From: Octopus vulgaris
Taxonomy: Eukaryota
DNA length: 64,000 bases
NCBI GenBank assembly: GCA_951406725.2
Contig: OX597830.1
Coordinates: 50,778,001-50,842,000 of the forward strand
Reading direction: 5' to 3'
In this document: piece after piece, positions 1-13,717 of the stretch
Numbering within the stretch: position 1 is the stretch's first letter
Layout of the letters: each line of letters begins with the position of its first letter
The notes under the pieces: generated by a model
Told to the model about the DNA's origin: nothing
Databases searched by the model: none
What the model saw: only the letters and a program-made list of their open reading frames with translations
Position numbers and translations under genes: made by a program

Positions 1-94
1 CCTACCCACCAACCTACCTACCTACCTACCTACCTACCTACCTACCTACCTATGTACCTACATTTGGTGCGTGTGTGTGTGTATATGTGAAGGG

Positions 95-398
95 TAAAAG
101 GTAAAGACCTCTTCTTGATCATGAATAAAAATGAAATTGCAGCTAGAAAGTTACCCTCCGAGCAGTCACCCATGCATATCAGCCTGCCCTCTACACCCCA
201 CCAATGTTAAGAGAAAGACAAAGGGTGACTCAGCTTGACACCAGTAACATCGCAACTCAATTCTGCAGTTGAGTGAACTGGAATAATGAGAAATATAACG
301 CCTTGCTCAAGAACACAACACACACTGGTCTGAGAATCGAACTCAGTACCTAATGATTGTGAGCACGACACTATAACCACTGGGTCATGCGGCTTCAT
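95..398 (-). mobile_element. tRNA-derived SINE, degenerate (family S4)
   Basis: Minus strand starts with a tRNA-like head (ACCCAGTGGTTATAGTGTCGTGCTCACAATCATTAGGTACTGAGTTCGATTCTCA; A and B boxes), followed by GTGTTCTTGAGCAAGGCG typical of SINE central domains. Confidence 0.65.
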
Positions 399-781
399 GT
401 GTGTATAAATGTGTGTGTGCGTGTGTGTATGTGTGTGTGTGCGTATGTGTGTTTGTGTGTGTGATATCAGTAGGTGAGACCAAAATTAGCTCAGTATAGA
501 AAAGAAATTGTAGTGCACAAATGAATTTGAACTTAAATTCCGATTTCGTCCAGGGTAATCAAAATCGAGATGCGATAGAGGTAGTTAGGTAGATAAAAAT
601 AATTAGGGTTGATATGTATATTTACATGTAGCACAGATAATACAGATTTTTAAAAAAATATGTATAGGGATAGAAATTACGTCACGTCTTATGCCGACAG
701 CAGTTTCAGGGTGACAAAAACATTCAGAATAAACATAGTTTACGGGTGATATATGCACAAAATCATAGTCAACCGGTGACC

Positions 782-835
782 AATCAGATGAAAATATTAC
801 AGGAAGTCCGGATTCCCCTTTCATCACCATATCGG
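782..835 (-). ncRNA. Degenerate hammerhead-like motif next to (TA)n
   Basis: Minus strand: ATG-GTGATGA-a-AGGGG..TTCCT-GTAATATT-T-TCAT. Stem II and the AATATT palindrome are retained, but both core halves are mutated. Confidence 0.25.
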
Positions 836-840
836 CATGT

Positions 841-906
<66 letters not shown>

Positions 907-1212
907 GTATATATAGTGTTTCAGCAGACGATTCCGATAGAATAAGTAATAGGCTTTAAAAAATTTGGAGTCGATTTGTTTGACTAAAACCCTTCAAGGT
1001 GCTGCTCCAGCATGACCGCAGTCAAATGACTGAAACAAGTAAAAGAATAAAAGAATATGTTTTTTTTTTTATTTTCATTCTGATTTTTCTTGGTGGCTGC
1101 TCCCCTTACATATATGTACGAAGCCTAACAGATTCCGAGAACTACTTCTCTCTTGAGACAATATGTTTTTATATTACCCTGGGTTCAGTGACATAGACGA
1201 ACTTTGACACAC

Positions 1213-1447
1213 CAAAGGCGGTGAGCTGGCAGAGACGTTAGCACGCCGGGCGAAGTGCTTCGCGGTATTTCGCCCGTCGCTACGTTTTGAGTTCAAATTC
1301 CACCGAGGTCGACTTTGCCTTTCATCCTTTCGGGGTCGATAAATTAAGTACCAGTTACGCACTGGGGTCGATATAATCGACTTAACCCGTTTGTTTGTCC
1401 TTGTTTGTTCCCTCTATGTTTAGCCCCTTGTGGGTAATAAAGAAACA
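1213..1447 (+). mobile_element. tRNA-derived SINE, family S1 (Nin-like central domain), full length
   Basis: GGCGGTGAGCTGGCAGA (A box) ... GAGTTCAAATTCC (B box), then GGTCGACTTTGCCTTTCATCCTTTCGGGGTCGATAAA and a tail AGCCCCTTGTGGGTAATAAAGAAA. Many copies in the window. Confidence 0.85.
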
Positions 1448-1992
1448 GTTGTTTCGACATCATTGTGTCTCTCTATATTGAAAAGGCTACATCTGGATGG
1501 CTGCTGCCTTTAACAAGAGTCTTACTTCTTTTCTCATATTTGCTGATAACAATATATTCAACTTCATAAAATTTTCCAAAAATATTAAAGGTAACCAAAT
1601 ATGTCTGTAGTCTTACGATATGGCGGCTTAAGCCTTTACGGTACAGTTTAGACTGAGTACGAATATATGAAGGGTTTTCTAGTTTTACACAATGTTATAA
1701 CAAGAGTTTTTCAACCGATTGGATACTGATTATGAACAGCGATTGATTTCCAATGAATACGTTAACCAACAAGTTGTCATAGATTGCAGGAAAGGAGTAC
1801 TTCAGCTGATCACTCATGAAGTGCAACGGTGAACGACTTCAGCGGCTCACGAGATTATATAAGAAGAATTTGGAAATTGTTTATTCAGAAAGAAACAACA
1901 AACGACTTGGACAGGCAACATTATTTTTAGACAGGTCGTTGGTCGATGAAATATCCACAAAATGATTGCAATCATATATATCATGTTTTGTA

Positions 1993-2030
<38 letters not shown>

Positions 2031-2333
2031 GGACATATTCCAAAATATGTAGACCGTCGGCCAGACAACGATGCTATAAGATAACACTACATGAAGACTG
2101 AATCGATGAAGCTATCTTATAAATCCCATGTGTTTAGAACGATTTCTCTCCCTTTCTCTCTCTTTCTTTCTATATAGTATGTTACGTATGTGTGTGCGTG
2201 TGTGTACGTGTGTGTGTGTGCATTTGTGTATGTGGGTACATATACACACACATATATATATATACATATACACAATATATTCACATATGTATATATATAG
2301 ATAGATACTATATGCATATACATGTATATATAC

Positions 2334-2396
<63 letters not shown>

Positions 2397-2397
2397 C

Positions 2398-2460
<63 letters not shown>

Positions 2461-3607
2461 AATATCTAGAGAGAGAGAGAGAGGGGGAGAGAGAGCGACA
2501 AAGAAGGAGAGATGTAATGCACACACAGTTATCGATTTCTCTTATTCTATTTCTCTCACTTCAGCTTATCTAAGTTTCCTTCTCTCTAAAATATCTTTGC
2601 CTTTTTCTTTGTCCTCGCAGCCTATCCCTCTCAAGCCTCCAAATTCGTCTCCTTCTTTCGCTTATCTTCTTATGGTAAGCCATTTAGGGATATGTCTTAC
2701 ATATATACAAAAATAAGAGGTGAGGACTCTCTATGCTGCAGCATTTCGCCACTACAAAAATTCTTTTGCTATAAACGTCTGCCAGAGCCACAGGCGGACA
2801 TGGACTAGAAGTAGTTTCATCAATTTTTAACCTGGTGGTGTCAATGAAAACTTTCATCGATTTACGAAAAAAACCACATGTATCTATAGCTTATAGCTTA
2901 TATATATGTATGTATGTATATATGTATTATGTATGTGTGTGTGTATAGTAGTGACGTGGACTTTTGCTACATGGAATCCTCTACCTTCGTCGCATCACTT
3001 AATGAGTGGCAGATGGTCTCTAAAATGTTGCTCCCAGCAAGGGTCGGTAATTATGGCGTCAGACCAATAAACCATTTATGATGTACAGAAATTGGGTTTT
3101 CTGCTCCAGGCGTTCGCCTTCGTCACGGCATATTCCAGTGCGTACCGGCATTAAAGATATATATGCAGAGGAATGAAAATGCCTCGTGAGATTATATGGT
3201 CGAAAGTGGAACTTATAACGAAGCTAGGAATACCGTTTATCTTTATCGTTCTGGAGCCAATGAAAATAGTCCCACTATCGTTATTGATTTCTTAGAATGA
3301 AATTTACATGGCATAAGATTTACTTTGTGGTGTTCATTCTTTTGTATTTAGCGATATAACTGACTAAAATAGCTTCTGGAATTTTTACTGTATTTATAAG
3401 GTAGAATCTGAGTTTGGAATTTGAAACGAAAGTTTATGAAATTAAGTGACGTCATCCATTGTAATGTGAGCAAAGTCGATATGATTTGGACTTGATTCTA
3501 GAGTGAAAGCGAACCTAGATCATATATAGACAATTGTTTGTGCCATCGTTAAATTAACGATGTATAACACTATGCTTCTGTTGCGATATTTATTAAAAAA
3601 TCTCAAA

Positions 3608-3760
3608 GAATCCTTCTCTTCACACGGTTATGATACCCTCTTACCACTCCTTCTCATTATCAGAGATGCATATATTTTCAACCGCAAAAAGACATGCTCA
3701 AGTACTTAAGGTCTAGCAACTGACAAGCAAATCTATATTGAGTAGAATATTTGCTCTAAC
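3608..3760 (-). mobile_element. Internal fragment of the ~500 bp (AAT)n-associated element X
   Basis: Aligns by eye to 9440-9590. Confidence 0.6.
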
Positions 3761-6651
3761 GATATTTGTGCTTCAGCAACTCAACGCTGAATTTGTCCGA
3801 AAGGTAATCGAAAATAGTTTAGTTTCAAAACATTGATGTTCAGGTTAGAAAAGCAAAGTTTAAAGTGAATAGTAATCATTTTCTTTGATTCCTAGATAGA
3901 AGCAAATAGGAAATAGCACTTACTGACCATAGGAAAGAAAAAGAATTTTGTTACACAGTGTAAACTTTCAGGTTTGAGTATAAATCCTGGCCACCTCAAT
4001 GTGAATTTTCATTTTCCCAATGTCACTCGGTAATTATTCTAATCTGTTGACTTGTATAGTTTATGTTATGGTTCATTGGCAGAATTGTAAGTGCATCGGA
4101 CGAAACGACTACTTACGCTTCTTCAAATTGCTAGCTTTGTGTCAGAATTTGAATCCATTATTATCAATAAATAAACTCTACGTGCGTGTGTGTATGTGTG
4201 TGAGTATTTGTGTTTGTTATATGTTCGTCTGAATACATACGTACATACATTTATACATACATACTCACACGAACACACACAAAGGCACATACACGTTACT
4301 CTCCTGAAGCGGATAGAACACATGGCATCAACCAAATATCATCGAGGTGGTATTTGCAGTTACGATATGAAGTTGTGACTTAACCAGTATACATTGCTAT
4401 TTGTAGGGTACGCTGTCAATGGATAAGTATAACGAACAACATCCCAGTTATGAAAAGCTTTCATACATATTAGCCTAAGGATTATTGGAGGAGAATTTCT
4501 GTCAAAACTTTTATTATATGCAAACATGGTGTCATTTTGAATTCGGAGGTCAAACAATAAACCTCATCTAATACCACAGTAGTTTGCCGCACTACAATGG
4601 TGAGAATCTCTTCCAAACTCGGCGACAAAAATATCAGAGGACAATCACTTCGAAACCTGCAGTTGCTCTACTCTATGAATTTAAATTCATACCAATAACC
4701 AATACATCATACAGTGCACTTGGCTAACATATTCATTATAGATACAATCTGTAAGAGGAACAATAAAAATATGGAAGACTTTTCTAAATTTCTACGCATA
4801 ACAATTATCATTATTGTCATCCCAATTCCAATGAATGAGCATTTCTTTTCTTCTTTATTGTTGTTAGAAACCACTTCTTCCTTTCAGAAAGAGCACTAAA
4901 TGATATATTAAAGATGTAATGCATATATACACACATACGTACATATATACATAGGCGCACACAAAATCGACACACGTATGCACGCGCTCACGCACGCGCG
5001 CACACACGCACACACACACATATAGGTGTCTGATTTGTTCGGGAGGATGTATAGTATTTAATTATATATTATCTTGATAGTTAGGGGAAATCCCCGCTGT
5101 TTCCTCTGGAAAACACATTTGCTGAATCCATTATTACAATCTAATATGTATTCTGGTTTGCGGCTGTATTTTTAGTCAAAATAGATATCAAAAGGTAAGA
5201 ATTATGGAAATATTATTTGCAGAGTTATTGTATAGCAAAACAGGAAAATGAAAGTTTTTTGGAAATATATATTCACCATTACATGTGTTTCATTTGCTAA
5301 TAGGAATTACAACATTTTACATGTTAGATAAACATGTAAAGAATTTCCTATTAGAAATTGTTCAGACAGTAAAATTAAATAATAGTATTTAATCATATAA
5401 TTTTATTAAAACAAATGGATCTTCCTCGACAATAATTATTCCATTGTTCGAACAGCTGATGTATTTGCTCGTTGTATTACTGTGGGAATAATTGAACATT
5501 CTACCGACAGTTTCTGTCTACCTTATTTCACTTACAATACATTACTGGAACCGTGGTTATGGTAAAAGAAGCTTACTCAAGAAACGATACACAGAAATTG
5601 AAACCGGCAGCTCTGGATGTTCAGCAAAATTTCTCAACTTTCGGGCATCCGTATTCGTTTCTTTGACACAATTGAGTTAACATAGATGAGATAGTTAACG
5701 TATTTAATGTATCGAGTATAAAAAAAATCTGAAAAGTGATAATTATGTTGTGAGGAAAATCAAAATTAGACGTAGACGAATATCGATTTGAATAGGAGCA
5801 ACACCTGGCAATGCTTCGCATTTATTTGGACAATTTTCAGCGAAGCATGGGCTGCACCATAATTACCAAAATTAGTTACGGCAGAATGACAAAGTAGACG
5901 TACAATAATGTATAGTAAAAGTCGTAGAAAACTATTTTACCAGAGACCCCCCCCCCACATATATGTAAGACAATAGCTAACTCAGTATTGACATATATAT
6001 AAGACAATAACCAAAAAGAGCCCTGTGGAATAAAATATATATAAAACTATTTATTGTCAGTGTATAATGTGTAATTATATATTTCCTCAATCTAGTGTAT
6101 AAATGCTACAATTATTGAATGAAGATTAAGTAAACCGTACAGGTAGATATCCTACATTTACTGCCCTTTGGAAGTTTGATTCCAATTATCACAGTTAAGA
6201 ATCAATTCTTCAAACGTTCTTCTCTGAGGTATTTCAATTCCCGTGTTTCACGCATGACGTCACCATAGTAATTAGAAATTATAAACCACGTGATATCACT
6301 GTGGGCAAAATAACACTGGTGATTCACTTCGAAATATACTCTGGCGAACCGAAGCAAGATTAGATTTTACTGCGTAATATTAAAATCCCAGAAGCAAAGG
6401 TGATTCTGTGCATCAAGAAAACGTGATAGGTGTATTTGTTTTCGTAAACACGTTAAGAAATAACACATTACTGATAAATCTAACGATAGCTTACACGTGG
6501 ATACGCACACATGAATCTGTGCGTACATATGCAGGTTTGAATGTGTATGCGTGAATCTGTGTATGGATGGGTTTTTTTCCGAACTGAAAAACAAATCAGT
6601 GACTGCAATAAAACACAACGCATATACTTCAACTTAGTTTTGATAATAATG

Positions 6652-6786
<135 letters not shown>

Positions 6787-6808
6787 TAAATAATAATACT
6801 AATAGTAA

Positions 6809-6947
6809 CAGCGACAGCAAGGATTATCAGGAGAGTTCTAAGCACTTGAAAGACTGCTGAAAACTTGTAGATACGTAACGTTACGGGTAGTAACCCGCTA
6901 CCAAAATAAATCCTGACAGGAATAAAACCGAACCTAAGCCAAACCAA
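6809..6947 (+). mobile_element. R4/Dong-clade LINE, extreme 3' end, flanked by (AAT)n
   Basis: Encodes TARIIRRVLST* (Dong-type C-terminus, compare GTSHVLRRALSM* and GTAHILRRTLSIQ*) plus a 3' UTR. (AAT)n on both sides. Confidence 0.7.
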
Positions 6948-6991
<44 letters not shown>

Positions 6992-7017
6992 TAATAATAA
7001 TAACAACAATAATATAT

Positions 7018-7503
7018 TGATGCAATACTACGCAATGGCTCCAATGGCTTCTGATCTTAACCGATTGGAAGTGTTATCATGTACTTGCCTTGTCTTTGTG
7101 TAAATGATGGCCTAGAGCAAATATTCTGCTCAATACCACAAATTTGCTTTTCATTTGTTTGAGCTTAACCACTTCAGGATGTCCCTCAGTGGCTGACGAT
7201 ATGTGCAACTCCGATCATGAGCAGAAGTAGTGGAGAGCATTCATAGCCATGTGTTAGTAGGAATTATTTGGGGTTTAATTACTTCACTTCTGGAAACATG
7301 GGTTTTTCGTTTAGCATTCTTAAACAAAATTCATTCAAGGTCATGTACTGTTTATCTTGATATGATATCACCCTGTAGTGCACATATGGTTGTGATGCAT
7401 GTGCCTGGTGTGCATTTATCAGGCGGGTTGTCATGATGGGTATTTGGGAATTCGTATATTCCTACCCTAGTGTCACTTTAATGGCATGCACTTCTCTCTC
7501 ATT
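7018..7503 (+). mobile_element. ~500 bp non-coding element X inserted in (AAT)n
   Basis: Diverged reverse-complement homologue of 9167-9690, with the same 5' start (TGATGCA.TAC) and 3' end (CTCTCTCA.TC). Microsatellite flanks. Confidence 0.7.
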
Positions 7504-7512
7504 CAAAATCAA

Positions 7513-7556
<44 letters not shown>

Positions 7557-7596
7557 ACAACAACAACAACAACAATAATAAAAATAATCGTTAAAA

Positions 7597-8400
7597 GCAC
7601 CATGGAACGGAGAAACCTTATCAAAATTGTCCAGAGTTTCAGCAAGGACATCGAAATGAGCATGGGGTTGGACAAATGTGCCGAGGTCACACTGAGAAGG
7701 GGAAAATTAATCAGCACTGAAAACACTAAACTAGACATAGACAGAGAAATTAGAGAATTAGATCACAACTGGACATGCAAATATTTCGGAATAGACGAAA
7801 CAGCTAAAACGCAACACATAAATAAAAGAAAAAAATTAGGAGAGAGTACTATAGAAGAGTTAGATTAATTTTAAACACTGAACTTAATGCTAAAATATAA
7901 AATAATAGGGATAAACACGCTAGCTACACCAGTCATAAGCTACAGCTTTAGAATAATAAACTGGAAGACCAGTTAATTGAGAAAGCTAGATAAAACATAC
8001 CAGGTTCTTCTAAGTGTATCGAATCACCATCCCAAAGCGGATACAGACAGAATATATCTGCCCCCGCTCAGAAGGACTCCTATAAAATATCAACTGTTGA
8101 ACTAGGAAAGTACAAAGAAACAAAGAGTGGAAGACTACTGCATGTAGTAAAGCAACACGAGAAAAGAAAACGCATTTCTCTCTACAAAAGGAGGCGACAA
8201 AATATAAAACAGAACCAAAGCACACTGTCACACTGATCTCAGATTACAACATAGCAGAGATAGTCAAAGAGACAAATAAAAAAAAAGGGCATGAAAACAG
8301 AGTTACAAGAGATACTGAAGAAGAAACGGAGAGAAAAAATCACTCTGTGGTCAATACCCTGCAAGGCTTGACAGAGAGGAAATGAGCCTAAATAAAAACC
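7597..8400 (+). pseudogene. R4/Dong-clade LINE fragment (late RT and thumb region), degenerate
   Basis: IVQSFSKDIEMSMGLDKCA and HHPKADTDRIYLP match the 53912-55462 protein (VKAFSDDIWMEFGLEKCA, HHPKADVDRLYLP). Confidence 0.85.
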
Positions 8401-8489
8401 AACTGCCTTTAGGAAACAACCTATTACATTGTAAATACTCCATTAGACATTTTCTTTCCATCTGTACACATTATTCTACTGCTGCTTAG

Positions 8490-8745
8490 CCTCTTCCACC
8501 GTGGTCTCTCCTCAAGTACAGTCGGTTGATATCAACTTTCGGATGGTGGGCTTCATACATCATCAACGACTTCCTAGTCTTTCTGTCAAGTTTTTTTTTA
8601 TATCCTTTCTGGTCGAGTCTATAATTCCAACTCTCCACTGCTAATTTGTGTACTCTCTAATGGCAATTTGTTTCATTTCTTCATTTTTTAAAATCTCATC
8701 TGTTTCCATTATTCCCAAGTACTTCTACCACTGACCTTTCTCAAC
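8490..8745 (-). pseudogene. R4/Dong-clade LINE fragment, opposite strand
   Basis: Minus strand encodes DINRLYLRRDHGGRG, homologous to DVDRLYLPRAQGGRG. Confidence 0.65.
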
Positions 8746-8931
8746 CACTACCAGTAGAGAGTACACAAGCCGAGTCAGAAAATTATTGCAGTGAAAGGTG
8801 AATTTCCAATAAGTTCAAGAGTAGTACCCTTAATCGAACATGGAGTTGGAATTATAGACTGGACCAGTCTATAATATATATATAACGAACTTGGCAGCAA
8901 AACTAGGAAGTTAATGACGATGTATGGATCC

Positions 8932-8969
<38 letters not shown>

Positions 8970-9060
8970 GCATCATCATAATCATCATCATCATCATCAT
9001 CATCATCATTATTATTATTATTATTTTTATTATCATTATTATTATTAATATTATTATTAA

Positions 9061-9166
<106 letters not shown>

Positions 9167-9690
9167 GAGTGAGAGAGCAGTGTATCAAACTGACACAGGG
9201 ATAAAATATACGAAGCCTAGTATACCCATCATGACTATCCCTTATGATAAGGGTACAACAGGCACATGTATCACAATCATATGTGCACGACATGGTAATC
9301 TCCTGTCAAGATAAACAGCGCATGACCTTGCAGGTGCGGCCTAGCTAGAATTTTCTTTAGATTATGTAACCCATCCAACTCAAATGGACCCAGAATGACG
9401 GTTGCTAAGGATGTTGAACGAAGCACTCATGTTTCCAAATAAAACACATGGTTACGATGCTCCCCCATTACTTCTTCTCGTGATCAGATATGCACATATC
9501 GTCAGCCAATAAGGGACATTCTCAACTGGTTATGGTCAAACAATTGACAAGGAAATCTGTGCTTTTGAGCAGAATTATTTACTGTAGCCCATCTCTAATA
9601 TCAAGACAAATCAATGCACATGATAACACTGCCAATCACTTAACATGAGAAGCCCTGAGACCCAGTGCCTGGTACTGCATCAGAGCATTT
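9167..9690 (-). mobile_element. ~500 bp non-coding element X, flanked by (TTA)n on both sides
   Basis: Homologous to 7018-7503 in inverted orientation. Confidence 0.7.
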
Positions 9691-9699
9691 ATTATTATA

Positions 9700-9756
<57 letters not shown>

Positions 9757-9759
<3 letters not shown>

Positions 9760-10698
9760 TAGTTTTATTTTTATAGCGTGCTTTCACTTCACTACCGAGC
9801 GCAGCTCTGTGTGCCTTGGGTATGTGCTGTGATTTGTTGTGATACTCTGATGGTTATTGTATGGAAAGTGTTCTGCGTAGGATGTGTGCAGTACCTAGTA
9901 GTGCAATTTTCTGTATGTTATATGTGTTTGTAAGTCCTGGTGTTTTTGTTATGTATTTGTCTGAATATTTTTTTATCATGCCTAATGCACCTACTATGAT
10001 AGGAATTGTTTCTGTTTTCAGGTTCCACATTCTAGTTATCTCTATTTCCAGGTCTTTGTATTTTGAGAGTTTCTCCATTTCTTTTAGAGACACGTTGTCA
10101 TCTGCCGGTATTGATACATCAATTAGAAAGCATTTTTTTCTTCATGATCTCTGACAACTATATCTGGTCTGTTGGCCTTAATTTCTCTATCTGTGTGTAT
10201 CGGCATATCCCAGAGTATGGTTGCTTTCTCGTTTTCTGTGACCTTTTCTGGTGTGTGCCTATACCATCTTTTTTCTGTTGTTATTCCATAATGTTGGCAT
10301 AGCTTCCAATGTATGTAGGTTCCAACTCTGTCATGTCTGTGAATATATTCCTTCTTAGCTAGGACTGGGCAGCTAGAGATAATATGATTTATTGTTTCTT
10401 GTCCATCTCCACATATTCTGCAGTTACTTGTAATATTTCTTTTCATTACATGTTTTTGGTAATTTCTGGTTGGGAGGCTTTGGTCTTGTGCTGCAATTAA
10501 AAATCCCTCTGTTTCTGCTTTGAGTCCTGAGCTTCTCAACCATTGCTGGGATTTTTCTTTGTCTATTTCTTTTGCGTTTAGTTTAGTGCAGTATTTACCA
10601 TGAAGGGGCTTTTCTTGCCATCGTTTTATCATGGCTCGTTGCTGTTCTATTTTTAGTTTGGATTTCATTTGTTTTATAGCTTTTGTTGTTTCTTCATC
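9757..10698 (-). mobile_element. R4/Dong-clade LINE subfamily A, 5'-truncated (CCHC knuckle, RLE endonuclease, 3' UTR)
   Basis: CRICGDGQETINHIISSC, RHD, RPDIVV ... KYKDL. One frameshift at an A7 run near 10133-10139. (TTA)n on both sides. Confidence 0.92.
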
Positions 10699-10782
<84 letters not shown>

Positions 10783-10788
10783 TACTAT

Positions 10789-11225
10789 TCCTTCGTAACA
10801 CAGCGTAGATAAAAATGCACCGGAGTCTTTTGTTATCTGTGAAGACACATCGGTGTCCTTAGACAGATAATACTTTCTTTAAAATGTGCGCTGTGCCCAA
10901 TAAGGATGCTTTTTGCAAGACATCAATCTTGCATAAGATTTCCAGTTACCTTAGGAATCCTTGAAGCTTCAATGGGACTGAGCCCAACGCTCCGATCACC
11001 ACTGGTATCAGTTTTCATATTAACGTCCCTCATTCTATACTGTCTTGCCATTTCCACTTTCAAATCGGAGTACTTGGTGATTTTATCAACCTCTTTACTC
11101 ACACCATTCATGTTATTTGATATGGCTACATCAATGATCTGCCACTATTTGTCTCTCTTATTTCAATATGACAATATCCGGCTGACGGCGTTCGATTACA
11201 CGATCCGTCTGAAAATCGCAGTCCT
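10789..11225 (-). pseudogene. R4/Dong-clade LINE 3' fragment, degenerate, different subfamily
   Basis: RRQPDIVILK and KITKYSDLKVEMARQY endonuclease motifs. (TTA)n flanks. Confidence 0.8.
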
Positions 11226-11340
11226 GTTATTATTATTACTATTATTATTATTATTGTTGTTATTATTATTATTATTGTTGTTGTTGTTGTTATTGTTGTT
11301 GTTGTTGTTGTTATTATTATTATTATTATTATTAATTTTA

Positions 11341-11372
<32 letters not shown>

Positions 11373-11877
11373 TGTAAAGAATAAAATGTTTTGAATGGTA
11401 CAACAATGCACCATAATACAGACAATGAACTATATTACCTGTTGTAATTTAGTGATCAATAGTCTGATATGATATTTTGAAATAATATTCCTTCAGATAT
11501 TTTTAGATGGAGTCGCTGCTATAATCGGTTTTCGAACGGCTTTTCTTTTTCATTTTGTGGAAGTGTCTCAGCAGTGGTCTCACGATGCTCCTTCCGGAAT
11601 TCCTCATGAGAAGTGTGTGAGGTCAGCCATGTCTCAATCTCGTGTCTGCTGGTACATACGTAGCGCTGCTTCTAAGTTATGTATTATAAGTGCAGCGTCC
11701 TTTTTTCCCTTCTTTCTTTTTTCTCTCTTCTTTCTTTTTTGTTGTTATAAACTACAGATGAGCATATTATCAAAAATGAACGTACATGCATCCAGGTGAT
11801 TCTAAATAACGTATTGATTACCAACCTCCAGCCTGTTGTTAATTAGGGGCCCTACTCTGTGTATGAGTACAGCTTCC

Positions 11878-11964
<87 letters not shown>

Positions 11965-11966
<2 letters not shown>

Positions 11967-12248
11967 TTTTTTTTCTTCTTTCAAATTTGCTTCCATTTCT
12001 TGCCGAGTGTCTTCTCGACTCCTAGAGCAAAGAAACTCATAGTATACATTGGTAGGCCATTAAAATAAACTCACTAGTTCGTTCATTTTTTTTTAAAGTT
12101 AAATTAAAATACATGGGTAGTAATAGTTCTCACATCGACAATGCTCTTCTCAATACGTGTGATGTACCAGTTAAGACAATCTTTTGCACTTCTTGCAGAG
12201 ATGGTAAGTCAGGGATCATTATCATATAATTTTCGGTTCCCTTCTTGA

Positions 12249-12252
<4 letters not shown>
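11965..12252 (-). mobile_element. R4/Dong LINE subfamily B, short 3' copy
   Basis: Clear match to the 3' end of the 53739-57710 element. (TTA)n flanks. Confidence 0.9.
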
Positions 12253-12280
<28 letters not shown>

Positions 12281-12282
<2 letters not shown>

Positions 12283-13432
12283 TTATTTTTTTCTTCTTTC
12301 AAATTTGCTTCCATTTCTTGCCGAGTGTCTTCCCGACTCCTAGGGCAAAGAAACTCATAGCATACATTGGTAGGCCATTAAACCAAACTCAGTAGTTCGT
12401 TCATTTTTTTTTTTTTTTTTAAAGTTAAATTAAAATACATGAGCAGCAACAGTTCTCACATCGACAATGCTCTTCTCAATACGTGTGATGTACCAGTTAA
12501 GACAATCTTTTGCACTTCTTGCAGGGATGGTAAGCCAGGGATCATTCTCATATAATTTTCGGTTCCCTTCTTGATCATTCCTAGTGCTCCTACGATCACT
12601 GGTATTGTAACCGCCTTGAGATGCCACATTTTCTCAATTTCAATGAGTAGGTCTTTATATTTTCTGAGCTTGTCAAACTCTTTCGCTGAGATATTATGAT
12701 CACAGGGGATGCTCATGTCGATCAATAAGCAAACTTTATTGTTTTGGTCTTTCACAACAATATCTGGTTTATTGGCCTTGATGGTTCGGTCTGTATGTAC
12801 TGGAAAGTCCCACAGAATGGTTACATTTTCTCCTTCAGTTACAGCCTCAGGGTGGTGATTATACCACTTGTCGGCAGTTTTGATATTGTAATGCCGACTT
12901 ATTAGCCAGTGGAGATATTGGCCAACTCTGTCATGTCTTAATTTATACTCCACTGGTGCTAAGACTTTACATCCAGAGATTAGGTGGTCCACTGTTTCAA
13001 TCATGTCGTTGCAGAATCGGCATTTTGGGTCTGCTCCATTTTTCATCACATTGGCTTGGTAGTTCCGGGTTAATAGGCTTTGATCTTGAGCAACCAGGAT
13101 GAAACCTTCGCTCTCTGCTTTTAGCCCTGAGCTCCGTAGCCACTGATGGGTTTGCTTCTGGTCAACATCAGCTTGTTTGCTGCGGGTCACATATTTGCCG
13201 TGCAGAGGTTTCTCCTCCCACCTATCAGCCAATTGCTCGTGCGCTTTCTTCATTGCCATCATTTTCACCTTCTTTGCAACAATAGTTGCCGTACTTCCCT
13301 CGGGTTGTTCAGTTTGGGTATCCTGCACGAGATCAATAGCAAATTTTTTGCTTTCCTTTATGATAGAATGAAGCTTCTTTCCTCTCTCGTGATTTTCCAC
13401 GAGCTTTAGCATCCAGTCATTCGATATTTCGA
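12281..13432 (-). mobile_element. R4/Dong LINE subfamily B, 5'-truncated young copy (open 318 aa ORF 12456-13412)
   Basis: Near-identical to 53739-54888. CRFC..H...C knuckle, RHD, KPD..IDMSIP..KYKDL. (TTA)n flanks. Confidence 0.95.
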
Positions 13433-13493
13433 ATTATTATTATTATTATTATCATTTTATTATTATTATTTCGAATTATTATTATTATTATTA

Positions 13494-13639
<146 letters not shown>

Positions 13640-13645
13640 GTTGTT

Positions 13646-13717
<72 letters not shown>

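Noticed and set aside
1217-1305. tRNA-like A and B boxes (also at 32580, 33730 and 33890)
   Set aside because: These are SINE heads. No complete cloverleaf, and each continues into a SINE body.
2117-2716. Long ORFs of YIYI, THTH, poly-I/L/N and SIYL type here and throughout the window
   Set aside because: They are translations of (TA)n, (CA)n, (AAT)n and (TATC)n, which lack stops in some frames.
11575-11625. Possible pre-miRNA hairpin (CTCAC...GTGAG)
   Set aside because: Pairing is weak and G-U rich, and I recognise no mature miRNA.
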